Assembly: GCA_973895155.1 (NCBI GenBank)
Contig: OZ316892.1
Location: 30,200,932 to 30,264,931, forward strand
Source of the DNA: Marsupella aquatica
Taxonomy: Eukaryota > Plantae > Marchantiophyta
Length of the DNA: 64,000 bases
Direction of reading: 5' to 3'
Part shown: positions 13,502 to 26,654 of the stretch, piece after piece
Numbering within the stretch: position 1 is the first letter of the stretch
Layout: each line of letters opens with the position of its first letter
Translations under genes and position numbers: made by a program
The notes under the pieces: model-generated
The model's input: the letters and a program-made list of their open reading frames with translations, nothing else
Database searches by the model: none
Told to the model about the DNA's origin: nothing

Positions 13502-14329
13502 AGTTAGGAATAGCTCAATTAAGCTATAGGGACAAGCACCTGCCCTAGTTAGCGCAGCACTGCCATGCTGTACAACCTGCGTAGATTAGGATCTTCAAAT
13601 AAAACAAGCCGTTTTCCGGCCTGACAGCCAGGACCTTAGTTAGCAAATCTTTGGGCGCAAGGGCACTCCGTTCCTCGGCCCTTAGTATTTAGTGCACCCC
13701 TCGGTAGAGGCAAGAGGGGGAGGATTTTTAGTCTCAGTGTTGGACATCCACGGTATGTGCGGGGAGTCCCGACCTTTGGGAGTGAAAGAGTACCAAGGGG
13801 AGGGTGTAGGACTAAGCTCACTAGGCAAGTGCGGAGCCGGGCTCCGTTGTAGTCTACACCCTCGGCCTCGAACCTGTTCATTCCAGGGCTTTCGGGTCAA
13901 CTAAGTGTACGCATATGTCTCCTTTGTAGTAAAATCCTTCCCCACTACTTCCTTCGTGTAAATCGAGATTGTATGCTTGTGCTTATGTATATGTGTGAAT
14001 CTCGTGTATAGGTGCCAACGCTTGGCCAAACGCACTACCCAAGCTGTGCACGGGGTGCAGCTTGCGGGTAAGTGGTTGCGAGCCCGGGTTTGGTACCGAG
14101 ACCATCGAATCTGGATCGAAGGCGGACAGCACGAAGGCTTAGAAGCCCGTCAGCCGGGGTCAATCCTGCTATCGACTGAGGTATGTTCCGGTGGCGGAAC
14201 ACAAATCATACCTAGGAGGTGTCCGTATATGACCATAGGCGCACTTAGTGCTAGTTTATGTGAGTTAGGTGCATTCCGTGCATCCCTCCCTGCCCGAACC
14301 CTCATTTTGACGCAGGATGTGCCTGTCTA

Positions 14330-15650
14330 AGCCAAAGCCCAGGTTAAGGCCTAGGCTGACGATCTGACACATACCGGCACAACAGCGGCATGTGATAGCC
14401 AAGCCGGGACACACTTCCCACGCCGATCGCCTGTTGTTCCTCCTTCAAGATCTTCTTCAGTTGGGTGAGGAGGTACCCGTTGTAGTCCTGGCTTGGGTCT
14501 GGCCTTTCCGTTGGGTAGACCTGTGCCTTCCCGATCTCTGGCCTTGGCAAGTTGCAGTGCATGGTTACCCGCAAGAAATCATGATCTCTCCTATGTGCGG
14601 GTTGGTGCAAGTGTTCCGAAAGAAGCCATTCTTTGTTGATGACCCTGGGAACGATCAGAACTCCTTGTCTGGCAAGGTCTTCTGGGTATCCACTTTGGTC
14701 TTATTGCCCATTGACAAGCCAAAAACTTTGGCAATCACCCGGGGAGTGAGATAGAAATCCTTCCCATATACCCTTGTGGAATTGGTCTCGGGTTCCCATG
14801 ATCCCACAAATTCTAATAAGTCTGAATCCGGCACCTTCGGCTTCAGCCATCTTGGTAATTTCACAAAAGCTTCCAAGCCGGATCCGGCCATGAAGCCCTG
14901 GTACTTCCGAGTCTACATAGCCATAAAGCATGCATCCTCTTCACGTGCAAAGTGTAATTGCACTTCCTCGGGGAGGGTCGCCGCCCAGCCTTTCCAGGTG
15001 TCATCTCTTGTTGGAACGACATTGATGGGGTCGACCTCCTCTTCTTTGGCTTTGTCCTGCCTCCTGCTCCCTTGCTCGACTGGCTTCCTTGGTGCCACCG
15101 ACCTCGTTCTCTTTGTAGGGGTGGTCACTTCGTTGGCATTCCCTTTCCTCTTCATAGCTGCTGCCGTGGATGTTTCTCCTAGTGCCATGGTTTCCTTCAT
15201 CCACCCCTCCGTGCTACCCTTCAACTCCCAGTGTATGTCGTTGCAGCGGTTGATGGCTTCCCAGATGCCAACTATTCTGTTCTCACAAAACAGAAGATTG
15301 TCGAGTTCGTTGCTAATAGGTGTCCACACGAATTTAGCCGTGATGAGTTCTCCTCCTAAGAAGGCAGACTTCTGCAGCTCCCACAGTCAAGCAAGCTCCT
15401 GCCGTTCTTGAGTGGCTCTCTCCAATTCTTCATCCTCGTAGGTCCCAATGTACTCAGTTGCCCGTTCTAACAGGCATCCCCCAAAATGAGCAGCCTGATT
15501 GACGTTGCTCATACCCTTCCTTGAATTGATAGTCGGTATATGCTCCCTCCCCAAGTGCTTGCCTAAGCAGTTGACAGTAGTTGCTTCACGTAGTCGTCTG
15601 CTTAGTTCGTGCTTGCAAATGAGCCACCATTCCTTGCAATCCATCCTTAC
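14330..15650 (-). pseudogene. Diverged paralog of the accessory-type ORF, antisense, with stops
   Basis: LEFVGSWEPETNSTRVYGKDFYLTPRVIAKVFGLSMG aligns with the EFI.NFD...G..L....L..IFGLP.G motif; upstream Lys/Arg-rich ORF 14913-15329. Confidence 0.5.
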
Positions 15651-16214
15651 CCCCCTGCCTGGCCTTCCTTCCCATTAGTTATCCATAGCCGCTGGTACTT
15701 AGCGCGCCCTAACCCTAATCGTGTTCCCTCTCTCGACGTCCTTACTTCCAGCCTCGGCTCAGGTTCCATAGTCACCCTTAATTGTTTATATTTTCCTTGT
15801 TTTTGTTACTATACTAATGTGTTTCTAGGGTACACTCCTGATTTTACCATTTAAACTGGCCTAGTGATTCCTGGCTAGGCATCACATAGCTCCCCACTTA
15901 ATTGTGAAGCATCCTTGTGAACAACTTCATCTTCGTCCATATAGTATTTCTTGAGGCGGTCGTAGTGAATGCGAACTGGGTACACCTCTCCAGTTATGTT
16001 GGCCAATTGCACGGAGCCATTGGAGAACTTCATGGTTACCCTCAAGGGTCCTTTTGTTTATAAATTTGTTTATTCCGCTTGAACCCCACGGAGAGGGAAA
16101 CCAGCAGCCCCCAAAGGCAAAAAAAGCCCCGAGGGCAGTAAAGATTTTCCACAAGACCCTAAGCCAAACTAACAGCACCTTGGTAAGAATCCTTAGATTT
16201 CAGTCTATAGTTAA

Positions 16215-16263
16215 GTTTAGGGTTTAGGGTTTAAACCCTAAACATAAACCCTAAACCCTAAAC
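16215..16263. repeat. Inverted plant telomere-repeat array
   Basis: GTTTAGGGTTTAGGGTTTAAACCCTAAACATAAACCCTAAACCCTAAAC; contains the perfect palindrome GTTTAGGGTTTAAACCCTAAAC. Confidence 0.85.
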
Positions 16264-16399
16264 GGCACCGGTGCGAGTGTCGTGGCTTGTCTTTCGGCCA
16301 GTACTACTCCTGGAAACTTGGTTGCCCCAATTAGACTTGATGAACTCAAGCCAAGCACTTAAATACTGTGGCTTGTTTCTTTGGTCGCTCCGTTTGGTT

Positions 16400-17450
16400 G
16401 TTGGCTCGCCGTTGTAAGTTCTCCATCTTCCTCGTGCTTTCCTCCAACTCCTCCTGCACTTTGTCCAGGTCCTTGCACGCCTCCTCGAGCTCCTTCTGGG
16501 CTTCCTCCAATTCCTTCTTTAAGTAGCCCTCTCCTCCTAGGTTGCTCTTAGCTCCTTGTCAAGCTCCGCTACGACCTCAGACTCCATTTATTCATCTAGG
16601 CATAAGTCTGATCGAGCTGGTCGTCTTTCTCATGCAGGTCAGCCTTGAAGCTGGCCGTCAGGGATGCAAGCTCCTGCTGCAGCACAATAATCCCTTGATA
16701 GGATTTCCCTAACTCGGCCTCCTTCTGCTCAAGGGCTTCACGGATATCCTCGAGTTCCCCCTTCAAAGCCCTTTCCCTTCTCTGAGTCTCCGCCATGGCT
16801 CGATTGTTGGCTGCTATGTGGGCCTCCTCTGCGTCCCTCAGCTCCCGCTTCCACTTCTCCCTTTCCTTGACCGCAACGGCCAACTCCCCTTGGGTCCGAG
16901 TTAGTTTATCCTTGATAATCTGATTATTAGACTGAGCGGTATCCAATTGCCCCTGCATGATGTTTAGCTCATGCCGCTTAATCCGCAACTCATCTTGGGC
17001 TTTCTTGGCCGCCTTGAGGTCTTCCACCTTGGCTTCGCTTGCCCTAAGTCGACGGATGACCTCGTCTTTCTTTCTTCTCTCCAAAGCCACCGCTTCTTCT
17101 AATCGGCATTTTTCCAACATCTTCCTCTGGAAAAAAGGTCCCTACTCCAACTCCTCCCTAAAGATGTTGAGCGCAAGTTCCCCACACATCTCCCCGTACT
17201 CCATGGCTCTTTCTTTAGCATAGGTGGAGTGAGTAGAAGTCATCGACATCAACCACCGTGGCCTTTGTTCCCAAGTCACCTTGTGGATTTCTTCTATCGT
17301 GGTTGGAGGGCTGCTTTGTTTTTCTACAAGCCGCTGATGTCCTCTGGCCATTCTCCCCTTGGTAAATCTTTCTCCCTAGCCAGGGTTGCCCTCTCTTCCT
17401 CCTTGAGTCGCTCCTGAAACTCTTGTGTCGTCTGTTTTATGCCGTCAAAG
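16400..17450 (-). pseudogene. Coiled-coil protein fragment, probably the tail of a TE accessory ORF
   Basis: ORFs 16596-17120 and 17142-17351 are E/K/R/L heptad-rich and broken by stops/frameshifts. Confidence 0.45.
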
Positions 17451-18038
17451 CTCGGGGGAGCGACATCTGGCGGGGGGGACTCGGGGCTTGTGACATGGGT
17501 AACGTGTTACTTAACCAAGCGCAGGTCCTAGATTAGGACTTATACGGTCATTAGGACCGTAGCCGTAGCGTAGAGTAGTAGCAATAGCCGTCTTTGCCAT
17601 TATGAATAGATTAGGAGTAGGTTAGTTGACCAAATGATTACAAATTAAGGAAGGGGATTATTACAATCAACCAAGGTACAGTGGCGGGGGCGGAGTAAAA
17701 ATCCATTAGAAGATCACGCTTGGACCGAGACGCCAACTTCAGCTCATTATCAGTGACCAAAATGGCCTTGCCCTCTCACACTCAAGCTCACCCCGCCACC
17801 TCCATAAGAGCATAGTCGATGGCACTGCGGGCCATTTGCTCATTTCTACCTTTCAAAATTTGTGGACGTTGCCATTCACTCTTGCCTTTTGGTCACATCA
17901 AGCTACCTTTACAAGGAACTTATCAAGGGTTAAGAGCGGATTGTGGCGGGATTTAGTCAGGGCGAGTAAGGCTGCCACCAGCAAACGGAACTGCCGGGTG
18001 GGAACGCGGACTCAACGAACCAGACTACAAAGGTTAGT

Positions 18039-19260
18039 ATGACCCTTACAGCCTTGGGATTTTGGACCTTGTTTGGCGAGGTAGGTGCTAAGTTCTCCGA
18101 GACTTACTGGTACTCTTACCCCGTGAAAGCCGCTTACAAACAAAGATACGCGAAGTTGGTGGCCAATGTAGCACAGGTTAATTGTGAGAAGACGGCCATC
18201 ACCAGGGATTCCAGTTACAACGAGCTGCGGGATTACATCACCGAGCTATATATCACTGAGGAAGGGTTCAGATCGGTGGCAGAGGCGATTCTTGAAGTTC
18301 TCGCAAAGTTTTTTAGGCTGAGGGGGAGCCAGAGACTGACTCTAGTGGAGTTCAACAAGATTCCGGGATACATCGACCAACAGATTGCAACCGAGAAGCG
18401 TGAAGAAGACATCAGCAGACAACGGGAAGTGGCGCATAATCTTACGTTCCTTGGGGAAAGCTCCAACACCTTCAACTGGGATATGGCTACCCCGACACCA
18501 CCCCCAACCCCTCAGCCGATGACCACTGGCGTACCACCAAACCGGTCCCAAGTTCGTCCCATGAACAACACCGATGTTCCTCGGGTTCCGAATGTGTTAG
18601 TCTGTAGCTTGAGCAGCGTTCTCAAAAGCAGGCAAGGACGACGCCGGCCCCCGAACCAACAACGCAAACCAACGCCACCCCTACACCTGCCCTGACAACC
18701 CCCCCAACAAACCAGACCCAACGGCCCTCGGATAATCCAAAGTCTAACTTATTACAGGTAATCCGCGTCCCCAAGGTAGTCTGGATTGCAATCAAGGAAC
18801 TCGACCATGCGGACTATCTCAAGGAGCATCAGTTGGAGTAGTTCGCTCACTTACTATGGAGACCGTGCGCAGCTGGGCCAAAGGAAATTTGTGAGTTCAT
18901 CTCCAATTTTGACACTGACGCATTGACCACCAAGGTTTCAGGACAGACCTTATCACTCACGGAGCATCGGCTGGGACAGATATTTTGTCTGCCAACCGGG
19001 CCGGTGTCGGTTGAACTCCAAATTCGGGATAAGGAGTATACACCTTGGCACTTCAAACCCAAAGGTAAGACAGACAACGAATACAAGCAGGGGTCATGCA
19101 CCAATTTAATCTGTATGGAGCGGCTTAACTTCATATGGACTACCCTACACATGATTGAGCCACGATCCAAGATCTCCCTCTGCACGATCGTATAGGTGGA
19201 ACAGTACAAACGGTGGAACTGGGCCCAATTCTTTTATCGTAGGTTCTCGGGGGAGCTTAA
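18039..19260 (+). pseudogene. Unknown ORF (18039-18695) followed by another paralog of the accessory-type domain
   Basis: ~18890-19260 encodes EFISNFDTDALTTKVSGQTLSLTEHRLGQIFCLPTG...ERLNFIWTTLHMIEPRSKIS...WNWAQFFYRRF, colinear with ORF 11559. Confidence 0.55.
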
Positions 19261-19453
19261 GCGGGCTCAGGGAGGTATGGCTATCAGGGGGAGGACTTAC
19301 CTCCGTGATGGGGTAAGTTTGACCAGCTGGCTGCGCATGGGAAAAGGGCGGAAGAGCTCGCAGAGAGAGGCTTCAGCCAAACTGGGGGCTTTGGAGTGTG
19401 AGAAGAAGCTGCAAGAAGTAAGGAAAGCCAACCATGAGCTACCTAGGTAAGGA

Positions 19454-21150
19454 TGTTTAACTCTGGTTAGTGGTAGACTCAACCTTGGGTTATAACACTC
19501 CCCCTTGGGTGCACCATGTGAATGAAATGGTGCAACCATCAAGTCTACCATATTGGGAGTTAAATGTTTTATTTCTAGGAAATTTCTTAACTAAGAATGA
19601 GAAGGAGGGGGGATGTAACCTCATTAAAATCCCCCCTACTTTCTTTTGAGGTGTTTACAAAAGACAGCAAACAGGAAACAGATTTAATAACAGAAACTGG
19701 TAACAGGAAAAAAAACTAGTAACAGAAAAATGGGTGGAAATTTTTTTGAAATTTATTTTGAATTTATTTTTTTCGGTCGACCAGTTTTTTTTGCTAGCGC
19801 CCGGCGCTGCTAATAGTAGCGCCCAAAGCTAGCCAAAAATGTTGCATTGTTAATTTTTTTGGAAATAACATGTTTTAGGAGACATTTTAAATTGTCATGT
19901 TTCCTGGTAACAGTGATTTTTTCCTGGTAAGAGCATATTAAAAACAGGGAAAAAAATTCCTGTTTACCTGTCTCCGTCGCTATACCCCTTTCTTTTGGGA
20001 GGAAAGAGTGTTACCATCCCCCATATACGTTTAGGTATTTGTAAAGAGGGGAACTCTTTGGTGGGTATAGACTAAGTGATTTTTAGGTGTAACTAGTTTC
20101 CACTAGTCTACAGTGTAGAGAATGTAAGTTAAAGGGCGGATTGTAATCTAGGAGGAAGGAAAAGGGACTTGTAGAAGTCCCGTTGTCTTCGTTGGTCGTG
20201 AGGTGTACATGAGAAACAAAGCGCATTTTTCATTGTAGGGTACCGAAGCACTTCATCATGGAGGATTGAGATTTGGTGGTGATGGTCGTCAAGTGTGCCT
20301 TTAAATGTCAGCATAGTATCACCCGTGGTGCGCAATCCTGTCTTGGTGAGTGTTTGCTCCCCCTGGATTGAAGAAGCGTGATTTTGGAATTGGGAGGCCA
20401 TGTTTCTCCTGAATCTTGAGAGGCTCGTAACTTTGTAGAGTTGGATTTCTTTTCCAGTGCTGGTGTCTTTGTGCAAGGTATGATTCCTGTTTGCGGGGTG
20501 CAGTGGTTGTTGAGGACTAGTGGTCGTTATGCCGGCTCAGGTGCATTGACATGGTCGTGGGTATGTATTGTAGTGTGTCCCTTCTGTTTTCTTGATGTTG
20601 ATTTCTATTCAGGTTCTGGTAGGTCCTGCAAGAAAATTGTGGGGTGACAAATTTTAGATGGACTGTGCGCGGGTGATGGATTCCCAGAGGAGATCGCCTA
20701 GATGCATGTCGAATGGGAAAGGTTGATGGGTGGAGTCTGTATTCCACTTGGGGCTGTGACTCGAGCCCAGGTATACTCGTGTCCATCTCCCCCTGAACTT
20801 GTCATTTGCTGGTAGTGCAATGCTTCAAACCGGGCTCTACGGGCTAGGAAAGAAGATAATCTAAGTAGACCAATAGATTTTGTTAGTTCTCTATGAATAG
20901 ATGGGGGCAATGCCTTGGTTAGGAGGTCGGCACAATTCTGTTGGCTCGGAATCCATTTTACAGTAATTGTGTAATCCAATTGTTTGTGAGTGAAGAAAAT
21001 TTTTGGGGCAATTTGTTTTATCGCCTTTAATGAATCCAACAACGATTTCTTCTACAAATGGGCAATTATCTTCAAAAATAATTATTAGAGATGTAAGTTT
21101 GCTCTGACACATGATTGATGACATTTTGGAGCCAGATACACTTGTCAACA
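19454..21150 (-). mobile_element. 3' remnant of a Copia (Bianca-like) element: RNase H fragment, PPT and short LTR remnant
   Basis: WIPSQQNCADLLTKALPPSIHRELTKSIG and IFEDN motifs at 20700-21150; PPT AAGGGGGAG (19498-19506, minus strand) followed by a TGTT...AACA segment at 19454-19497. Confidence 0.6.
19648..19988. mobile_element. MITE with degenerate TIRs and 8-10-bp TSD (Mutator/hAT-like)
   Basis: Ends GAGGTG...AGACAGCAAACAGGAA and TTCCTGTTTACCTGTCT...TATACCCC; flanked by direct repeat (C)TTTCTTTT; internal AACAG(G)AAA repeats. Confidence 0.5.
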
Positions 21151-21583
21151 GCTTGTATGAGAACTAATAAGTTAATTATCCCTAAATATCTTATAATACT
21201 CTTGTTTAATGTCAACCAGGTCCTATTGGAGGGTCCTCCTTGGAAATTTATTGCAATTATCTCAAAACAATCACACTCATAGCCAGGTAGTTTTATTTCC
21301 GCCACTAGAAATGTAGATTCTGCTTGAAACTACCTTCAACTCACACAATCAACTCTCATCTTTTTGCCATAAAACAAAATCATTCATAGCTGGACTCACC
21401 TATGAATCATCTTCCTTCCCTATCCTACTTAATGACCTTAGTACTTGTGCGGACCCCATTTTTTTTTGGTTTTTTTTCAGTAAAATGTCATTATTACCCT
21501 AATACGGTTAGGATAGCCATAATATGTACTTAAGGTACCGTCACCAAACGAAGGAAGGGGAAGCTGCGTACACAGCCACAATA

Positions 21584-23612
21584 GGTACCGTAGTAATGTC
21601 TCTTTAATATTGGTTCCATCATTGGTAATCTCCAAAATTTGTAGTGTGTCCTCTTCATCTGTCTTTGCCGTTCGCAGTTGGTATTTATTAGCGACTACGT
21701 CCCGAAAGCTTATCAAATTTCGAGTAGCTCGTGGGGCAAAGATTGCTGCATCAATATCAATAACTGTTCCTTGTGGGAATGTCACTGTTGCGGCTCCCTT
21801 ACCTTCTTCTATCTGGTTTATACCCAAAATTGTGGTCATTGATCGTGTAGATGGGGTGATACTGTGGAAGTACTTCTGGTCTTTAAGAATTGTATGTGAT
21901 GTTCCGCTGTCAATTATCCCAAGGTTGGGGTCATCTAATGAGGTGTGTATTGATGCTGGTGTTACCATATGGGTCTCCTGTTCTTCAGGTTGTTGTGTAG
22001 GTGTTTCTTCCGGGTCCTGATAGTTAGCTAAGTCTTCCTCCATCTCCATATAGTTGCCTTCTGGATTTTGCTTTAATTGGGCCCTTGCTTCTGCATGTCG
22101 TTTAGCTGCTTGGTCTGATGCCCAGCAGTTCTTCTTTATGTGTCCTAGTTTACCACACCGGTAACACAGCCTATCTTCTCTGATGTTATCAGGTGGGGTG
22201 TTTTGTCTGCTGTCTCGGCCGCTTGCTCCTCGACCCCGTGAGTTGTATGAAAAATGATTTCCTCGGCCTCTGGGATTTTGATTCCTGCTTCTGTCTTGAT
22301 ATCCGCCTCTGCCTCTTGATCTGCCTCGTCCCCTTTGGTTCTCATATTATAATTTGTTTCTGGTTTTTGTGGTGGTGGGGCTGATCCTGCAGGTCGTTTT
22401 CTAGCGTTCTGCAGGGCAACGGTCTGCTGCTTCTCTTCTACCAGTAAATGTGCAATGAGGTCTGAGTAGACTGTAAATCTCATATTTCTGTACTGTGTAC
22501 GAGGGCTATATTTGCTTCTGGGAATGTGCTTAGTGTTTTGTTGATCATATCTGCATCAGGGACCGGATGGCCACACAACTCCAATTGGGATGTGATTCTA
22601 AATAATGCGCTGTTGTAGCTGGCTATTGATGTGTAGTCCATCACTCGCAGGTTATACCAATCACGGCAGGCTTCTGGGAGCCAGACTTTGCGCATATGGT
22701 CAAATCTTGATTTTAATTTATCCCATAGTAGGCGTGGGTTGACCTCGTTCATATATTGGGTTTTGAGTGGAGGAGCCAAATGCTGGCGTAATAAGAAAAC
22801 GGCCTTAGCCTTCTGTTGTAGTGTCAGATTATTATCAGTTATCAAAGTATCTTCGAGTTCCAGTGATGCAAAATATGTTTATGCATCTACTGACCACGTT
22901 AGGTAGTTGTTGCCGTCTACTGAAAGGGCCTGAAAATGCAATTTCTCCAATGTTGCCATATTTCTTGCGCTTGTACTCGGGATTGTAATGCTCGGTGTGG
23001 TGGTGTATATATATAATACTTGGGTCTATCCAATTGGTAAATATATGCTTCGGGGAGTTATAGGTGCTGGTTCGAAGCACCTATAAGTCCAATTTTGGGA
23101 TTTCACCGTAGCATTGTTGTTTCTAATTTGGCATAACGGCCATTCCCAAATCCTGCATTGGATTCCTTGATGAAATAAGTTGGATGGAACAAAAAAAATA
23201 GACAAATCCGTCCTTACGGCAATGAAGATTGAGATCGCTAATGGATGCCTTCCTCATAGCAATCTGATGTCCGGGCTCAATTTTTGCGTAAACTAGCATC
23301 ACTTTTTAGGTGGGATTGTACTCAATTTTGGGGTAGTTAGGCGATTACATAGGATTTTGGTGCCAAAACGCAACATTCTTGGTAATTTTCTATGTAAAAA
23401 CTACGATCTCTCAATATGTCTGTTGGGGCAGCCTAGGCAAAAAAAATCATTGAGCCAGTCGTGCTAATAACGTGTTGTAAACAAAGTAGATGATTGTAAT
23501 CTTCCACACACTTCCATTATATCAAGGACTTATATAGTCCTAAGAGGTTAACATATTGGGTTAAGGTTAACCTACTCTAGTCTAGGGTTAAAGTAAACTA
23601 TGGTTTATGACA
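21584..23612 (-). mobile_element. Bianca-lineage Ty1/Copia, 5' half (LTR, PBS, gag, protease)
   Basis: 140-bp LTR 23473-23612; PBS CGTTATTAGCACGAC; gag AKAVFLLRQHL...LWDKLKSRFDH...YNSALFRITSQLELCG; protease IIDSGTSHTIL; frameshifts present. Confidence 0.88.
23473..23612 (-). repeat. 5' LTR of the Bianca element
   Basis: Exact reverse complement of 32806-32945; TG...CA ends; followed by TSD TTTGC. Confidence 0.93.
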
Positions 23613-26600
23613 TTTGCCACTTTTAAGGAGTGGAAAGCCCAAGTTGAAAATCAGACTGGTAATAAAGTGAGATATCTTTGATCGGATAACGGCGGAGAAT
23701 ACAATTCCGGTGAATTTGGAATGTATTGTAAGGAGCAGGGGATTATCCGCCATCTCACAACAAGCTATACTCCTCAGTAGAATGGTGTTTCTGAGAAACT
23801 CAACCGAACACTATTAGACCGCTCGAGGAGTATGTTGAGTCAATCATGCTTACCACATGAGTTTTGGGCTGAAGCTGTCAACACTGCAGCTTATTTGGTA
23901 AATTTTTCTCCATCCAGTTCTATTGGATTCAAGACGCCATTTGAAATGAGGTACGGGCGTCCAGCAGATTACTCACATCTGAGGATTTTTGGATGTGATG
24001 CTTATGTGCTTACACTTTCCCAGCTTCGATCCAAGCTAGAGTCCAAGTCAAAGAAGTGCATTTTCCTTGGCTATCAGAAAGGTGTTAAGGGTTATAGGTT
24101 ATGGGATCCAGTAACCTGTAAACTAATTGTCAGTATAGATGTATCATTTAATGAATCTAGATCATCAAAGGAGGGGGAGAGTTCTCAAGACTCCCATACT
24201 GACAAGGGGAAATCTCCCATCCCGGACCGGGTTGAGGGGGAGATTAGTCATGATGCAGTTCATGATAGGAGAGATGGAGAAGCTCTGGGCTTGGAGCTGG
24301 TTCCTGTGATGGAACAAGAGGAGCAGATTGTTACTAGGGTACCTCAAATTCAACCAGCAACAGCAACAAATTAGCCTGCATCATCTACTAGAAGAACTTC
24401 CAATCGTTCTACTAGAGCTCCTACCAGGTATGGTCAATGGGCAGACTCATCTAAGCTAGATGATATTGACATTGCACCTGATGAAGATGATATGGCTTTG
24501 ATCTTGGAAGAAGGAGAGCCTTCTTCGTATAGTGAGGCTTGTGCTTCAAAGCAGAAGCATGAGTGGAATGCAGCAATGCAGAGGGAGTTGCAATCTTTGA
24601 GTGACAACAAGACATGAGAACTGGTGGAGCTTCCAAGAGGTCAGCAAGTGGTGGACAGCAAGTGGATTTACAAGTTGAAGGATAGTCCTTCAGAGGGTGG
24701 AGACAAGATCTACAAGGCAAGGCTTGTTGCCAAGGGATTCACTCAGGAGAAAGGAGTGGATTACAATGAGGTCTTTTCACCGGTGGCTAAGTATTCCACA
24801 ATACGGATCTTGTGTCAGCTTGTTGTGTTTTTTGGTCTGGTGATGGATCAGATGGATGTTGTTACTGTTTTTCTCTATGGAAACTTGGAAGAGTTGATCT
24901 TCATGAGACAGCCACTAGACTTTATGAAGAAGGGCCAAGAGAACTTAGTTTGCAGATTGCTCAAGTCCTTGTATGGATTGAAGCAGTCTCCCAGACAGTG
25001 GAACAAGCGGTTTGATGATTTCATGCTTGCTCAAGGTTTTACAAGGATGGTGTATGATCCTTGTGTGTATACGAAAATCAGTCAAGAATGATGTATTCGG
25101 TTTCATCATTCTGGTGATCTATGTGGATGACATGCTAATTGTGGCTAAAGATCAATCTGAGGTTGACAGTCTCAAGGCGAAATTGAGTGATGAATTCAGG
25201 ATGAAGGATCTTGGTAAGGCCAAGAGGATCTTAGGGATGGAGATTTTTAGGAACTCTGAGACTGGACAGTTGTGCTTGAGTCAAGGCCAGTATGCAAGGA
25301 AAGTACTTGCACGATTCAACATGGAAAACTGTAAGCCAGTGAGTATTCCTTTAGCTTCACATTTCAAGTTATCATCGGCTTTCTCTCCTACGGATGCTAT
25401 GGAGAAAGGTCTGATGGCTAAGATTCCTTATGAGAAGGCAGTAGGCAGTCTGATGTATTTGATGACTTGTACTAGGCCTAACTTGGCCCTAGCGATGGGC
25501 AAGGTTAGCAGATTCATGTCAAATCCAGGGAAGGTACATTGGGAAGCTGTGAAGTGGATTCTCAAGTATCTGAAGGGAACACAGGACTATGGATTACTAT
25601 TTGATAACAAATCAGATAGAACGTTAGTTGGCTATGTAGATTCTGACTATGGAGGCTGTCTGGATACAAGGAGGTCTACAACTGGGTTTGTATACACTCT
25701 TGGAGGAGGATGTATCAGTTGGAAATCTACCTTGCAGAAGTGCATTTCTCAGTCTACTACAGAAGCAAAGTATGTTGCAGTAGCAGAAGCAGCAAAGGAA
25801 GCAATTTGGTTGGATAAGTTGATCGCGGAGATGGGTTTAGAGCATGGCAAAATGACTCTAAACTGTGATAGTCAAAGTGCTCTTCACTTGGCTGCTAACC
25901 AGGTAATGGATAGCAGGGTGAAGCACATTGATATCAGATACCATTTTATCAGGCAAACAGTGTCTGATAAAACTTTTGAGCTAGTCAAGATTGATGGAAA
26001 GCTCAATCCCGCCGATGCCTTTACCAAAGTGATTCCTTTGGAGAGTTTCTCAAGACACCGTGCTACTTTGCAGGTTTTGCTGTTGTAGTGCAAGTAGAGT
26101 TATTTAGCAATGTGTGACTATTTGTATATGGATTACTCATTCCTGTTAGGCTACGGCTTAGTTCTAGTTAACCCTTAGTTAACCCTTGTGGTTTTTAGGG
26201 GGAGACCTGGTTTGGTGATTGTCTAGAACTTCCCGTTGAGGAATCCATATGGTAACATTTAGTGCAGTCCCCAAGACAAGAGTCAAGGGAGAGTTTGTTA
26301 GATAGTGCTCTAGTCTTGTGACTCATGAGCTAACCATAGTTAGTCTAACTCGGGTTAGGACTTAGCTAATGTTAGCGGTAGTGCTGTTGTGTATATAGCC
26401 AGGGCTGATGCCAGACCCTGGTGGAACTTAGGCTCATTGTTACGGAGCTAGTTGAGAGATAGGGAGAGCTTGTGCTGTGGATGCTTGGTATGGCCGATCG
26501 GCCTAGAGTGCAGTAAAGCTCTTGTGTGTTCCCATGGATGTAGCCTCATGTGGAGGTGAACCATGTATCTCTGTGTGTCGACTATTGTGCGTTGGATGGT

Positions 26601-26654
26601 TCATGGGCTTGCCGTTGCGAATGTCGTCTATGCTCAACATGTACGTGCTTAACA
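23613..26654 (+). mobile_element. Ty1/Copia host element, 3' part (integrase core, RT, RNase H, PPT, 3' LTR); degenerate
   Basis: FWAEAVNTAAYLVN, KARLVAKGFTQ, LYGLKQSPRQW, YVDDML, KHIDIRYHF, NPADAFTK; PPT AAGGGAGAG; stops and a frameshift near 25080. Confidence 0.92.
26296..26654 (+). repeat. 3' LTR of the host Copia (359 bp)
   Basis: TGTTA...TAACA directly after the PPT; TATA-like TATATA at ~26391. Confidence 0.7.
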
